Shown in pieces: positions 62,908-64,000 of a stretch of 64,000 nucleotides of DNA; position 1 is the stretch's first letter, and every line of letters begins with the position of its first letter. Below the pieces are notes generated by a model, which was given only the letters and a program-made list of their open reading frames with translations, made no database searches and was not told the origin of the DNA. The DNA lies in the NCBI GenBank assembly GCA_963663025.1, contig OY760073.1, positions 613,567 through 677,566 on the forward strand. The letters run 5' to 3'. The position numbers were made by a program, and so were the translations under genes. The stretch is from Dehalococcoidia bacterium. GTDB lineage: Bacteria > Chloroflexota > Dehalococcoidia > Lucifugimonadales > JAGWBF01.

Positions 62908-63963
62908 CTAGGCGGGCCAGGCGGCGCCGAAGAGCTCGGATATGTGCCCGATGCCGTGCTCGCCTATGTAGGCGTAGAGGCCGTCGAGGACCGCCAGGGG
63001 TGCCCAGAAGTCGGCCAGGTTGGCTGAACCTACCTGCACCGCCGTGGCCCCGGCGTACAGGAACTCCAGCGCATCATCGGATTTGAACACGCCGCCCACC
63101 CCGATCACCGGGACATTCACAGCCTGTGATGCCCTATAGACCAGGGCAAGAGAGATGGGCTTCAAGGCAGGGCCGGAAATGCCCCCGGTTATCCCGCCCA
63201 GGATGGGGCGGCGGGAGTCTAGGTCTATGACCATGGCGGGGACGGTGTTGACCAGGGTTATGGCGTCGGCGCCAGCGCCTTCCACCGCCCTGGCTATGGG
63301 AACGATGTCGGGAACGTTGGGGCTGAGCTTGGCGATCACGGGAAAGGAGGTCGAGTCTTTGACCTTCTGCACCGTCTCGGCCGCCAGCTCCGCGCTATGG
63401 CTGTAAACAGCCCCGTTGTCCACGTTGGGACAGCTGAGGTTCAGCTCCAAGCCGACGATCCCCGGTGTCTCGTCGGCCATGGAAGCCATGTCGCCGAACT
63501 CCTGGACCGTCTCTCCCGCCAAGCTGAGGATAACCGGCACATCCCAGTGTTCCCAGTAGGGTGCGTGCTGAGAGAGGATGTTGTGGATGCCCGGGTTGGT
63601 CAGTCCGATGGAGTTCAGGTAGATGTCCTCGCCCGCTTCCTGGGCCCTGCGCCAACTCTGGGGATGCCACCTGGGTTCGGGGTTCCCCTCCCGGGGCTTC
63701 ATGGTCACGGTCTTGGCCACCACAGCGCCCAGGCGCTCGAAGTCTATTCTGCCCGACTCTTCGGGAGGTTCGACCAGGGGAAGCTGCCTGCCTCGGGAAA
63801 CGGGATGAACGATCTGTCCGCGGAGGTCCTGGCCGACCAATGCCCTGCCATAGCCGTCCCATCCAAAGGTTCCTGATGCGATCATCACCGGGTTTCGAAG
63901 CTTGAGCCCGGCGGGATGGGACGGCGCCAGATCTACGGCTAGGGACGATTCTTCGGCAGACAA
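62908..63963 (-). CDS. pyrD: dihydroorotate dehydrogenase, class 1B-like catalytic subunit
   Basis: LKLRNPVMIASGTFG, KTVTMKPREGNPEPR, NSIGLTNPG, ELNLSCPN, and IGVGGV...GATAVQVGSA. TTG start 12 nt after AAGGAGGA. Two insertions relative to my memory of typical PyrD. Confidence 0.8.
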   Translation of the reverse strand: MSAEESSLAVDLAPSHPAGLKLRNPVMIASGTFGWDGYGRALVGQDLRGQIVHPVSRGRQLPLVEPPEESGRIDFERLGAVVAKTVTMKPREGNPEPRWHPQSWRRAQEAGEDIYLNSIGLTNPGIHNILSQHAPYWEHWDVPVILSLAGETVQEFGDMASMADETPGIVGLELNLSCPNVDNGAVYSHSAELAAETVQKVKDSTSFPVIAKLSPNVPDIVPIARAVEGAGADAITLVNTVPAMVIDLDSRRPILGGITGGISGPALKPISLALVYRASQAVNVPVIGVGGVFKSDDALEFLYAGATAVQVGSANLADFWAPLAVLDGLYAYIGEHGIGHISELFGAAWPA

Positions 63964-64000
63964 GGCCTAGCTGGGGTCCTCCTTACTCTTCGGGTGTCTC

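Noticed and set aside
1-64000. CRISPR arrays, transposases, integrases, rRNA genes and prophage genes.
   Set aside because: No regularly spaced direct repeats and no recognisable transposase, integrase, phage structural or rRNA sequences were seen on either strand. The only repeats are the three dispersed hairpin elements.
63983-64000. The 3' end of a minus-strand gene at the right window edge (…ETPEE-stop), possibly pyrK.
   Set aside because: Only 5 codons are visible, which is too little to call.

Overview
Gene-dense, high-GC (about 58-60% by eye) bacterial chromosomal segment. Gene content and the style of the intergenic repeats suggest a Chloroflexota-like organism, possibly a marine SAR202-type, but I cannot verify this without a database search. 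Housekeeping genes include mtaB, pheS/pheT, sucC/sucD, moeA, pyrD, mgtE, a DEAD-box helicase and tRNA-Val(GAC). Metabolic genes include two CoxS/CoxM-type 2Fe-2S/FAD subunit sets with no adjacent molybdopterin large subunit, MaoC/hotdog dehydratases, an FAH-family hydrolase, CoA-transferase A/B, a Zn-ADH, split sulfopyruvate-decarboxylase-like ThDP subunits, a fused FAD/Fe-S oxidase, a fatty-acid desaturase, and a peptide-binding protein with two peptidases. A clear cobalamin riboswitch with an intrinsic terminator precedes a lone BtuD-like ATPase and cobT-cobS-cobC-cobU. Four type II toxin-antitoxin modules are present (2x vapBC, hicAB, relE/xre). I saw no transposase, integrase or CRISPR array. 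The findings most worth follow-up are these. (1) A PRX-like lipoprotein gene is split by one in-frame TGA exactly at the redox Cys position (F-U-P-Y-C), with a hairpin downstream, making it a candidate selenoprotein. (2) A low-GC ATP-grasp gene has a translationally coupled (TAATG) 35-aa acidic/Ser/Thr-rich upstream ORF and lies next to peptidases. (3) A low-GC patch holds a signal peptide joined by a frameshift to a Cys-rich secreted protein, with a TGATG-coupled 75-aa partner. (4) A low-GC two-gene island (unknown protein plus dual-specificity phosphatase) sits between pheS and sucD. (5) A retropepsin-like gene is wedged between pheS and pheT. (6) About 680 bp upstream of mgtE is ORF-poor and rich in hairpins. 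All functional calls rest on motif recognition by eye and none has been checked against a database.
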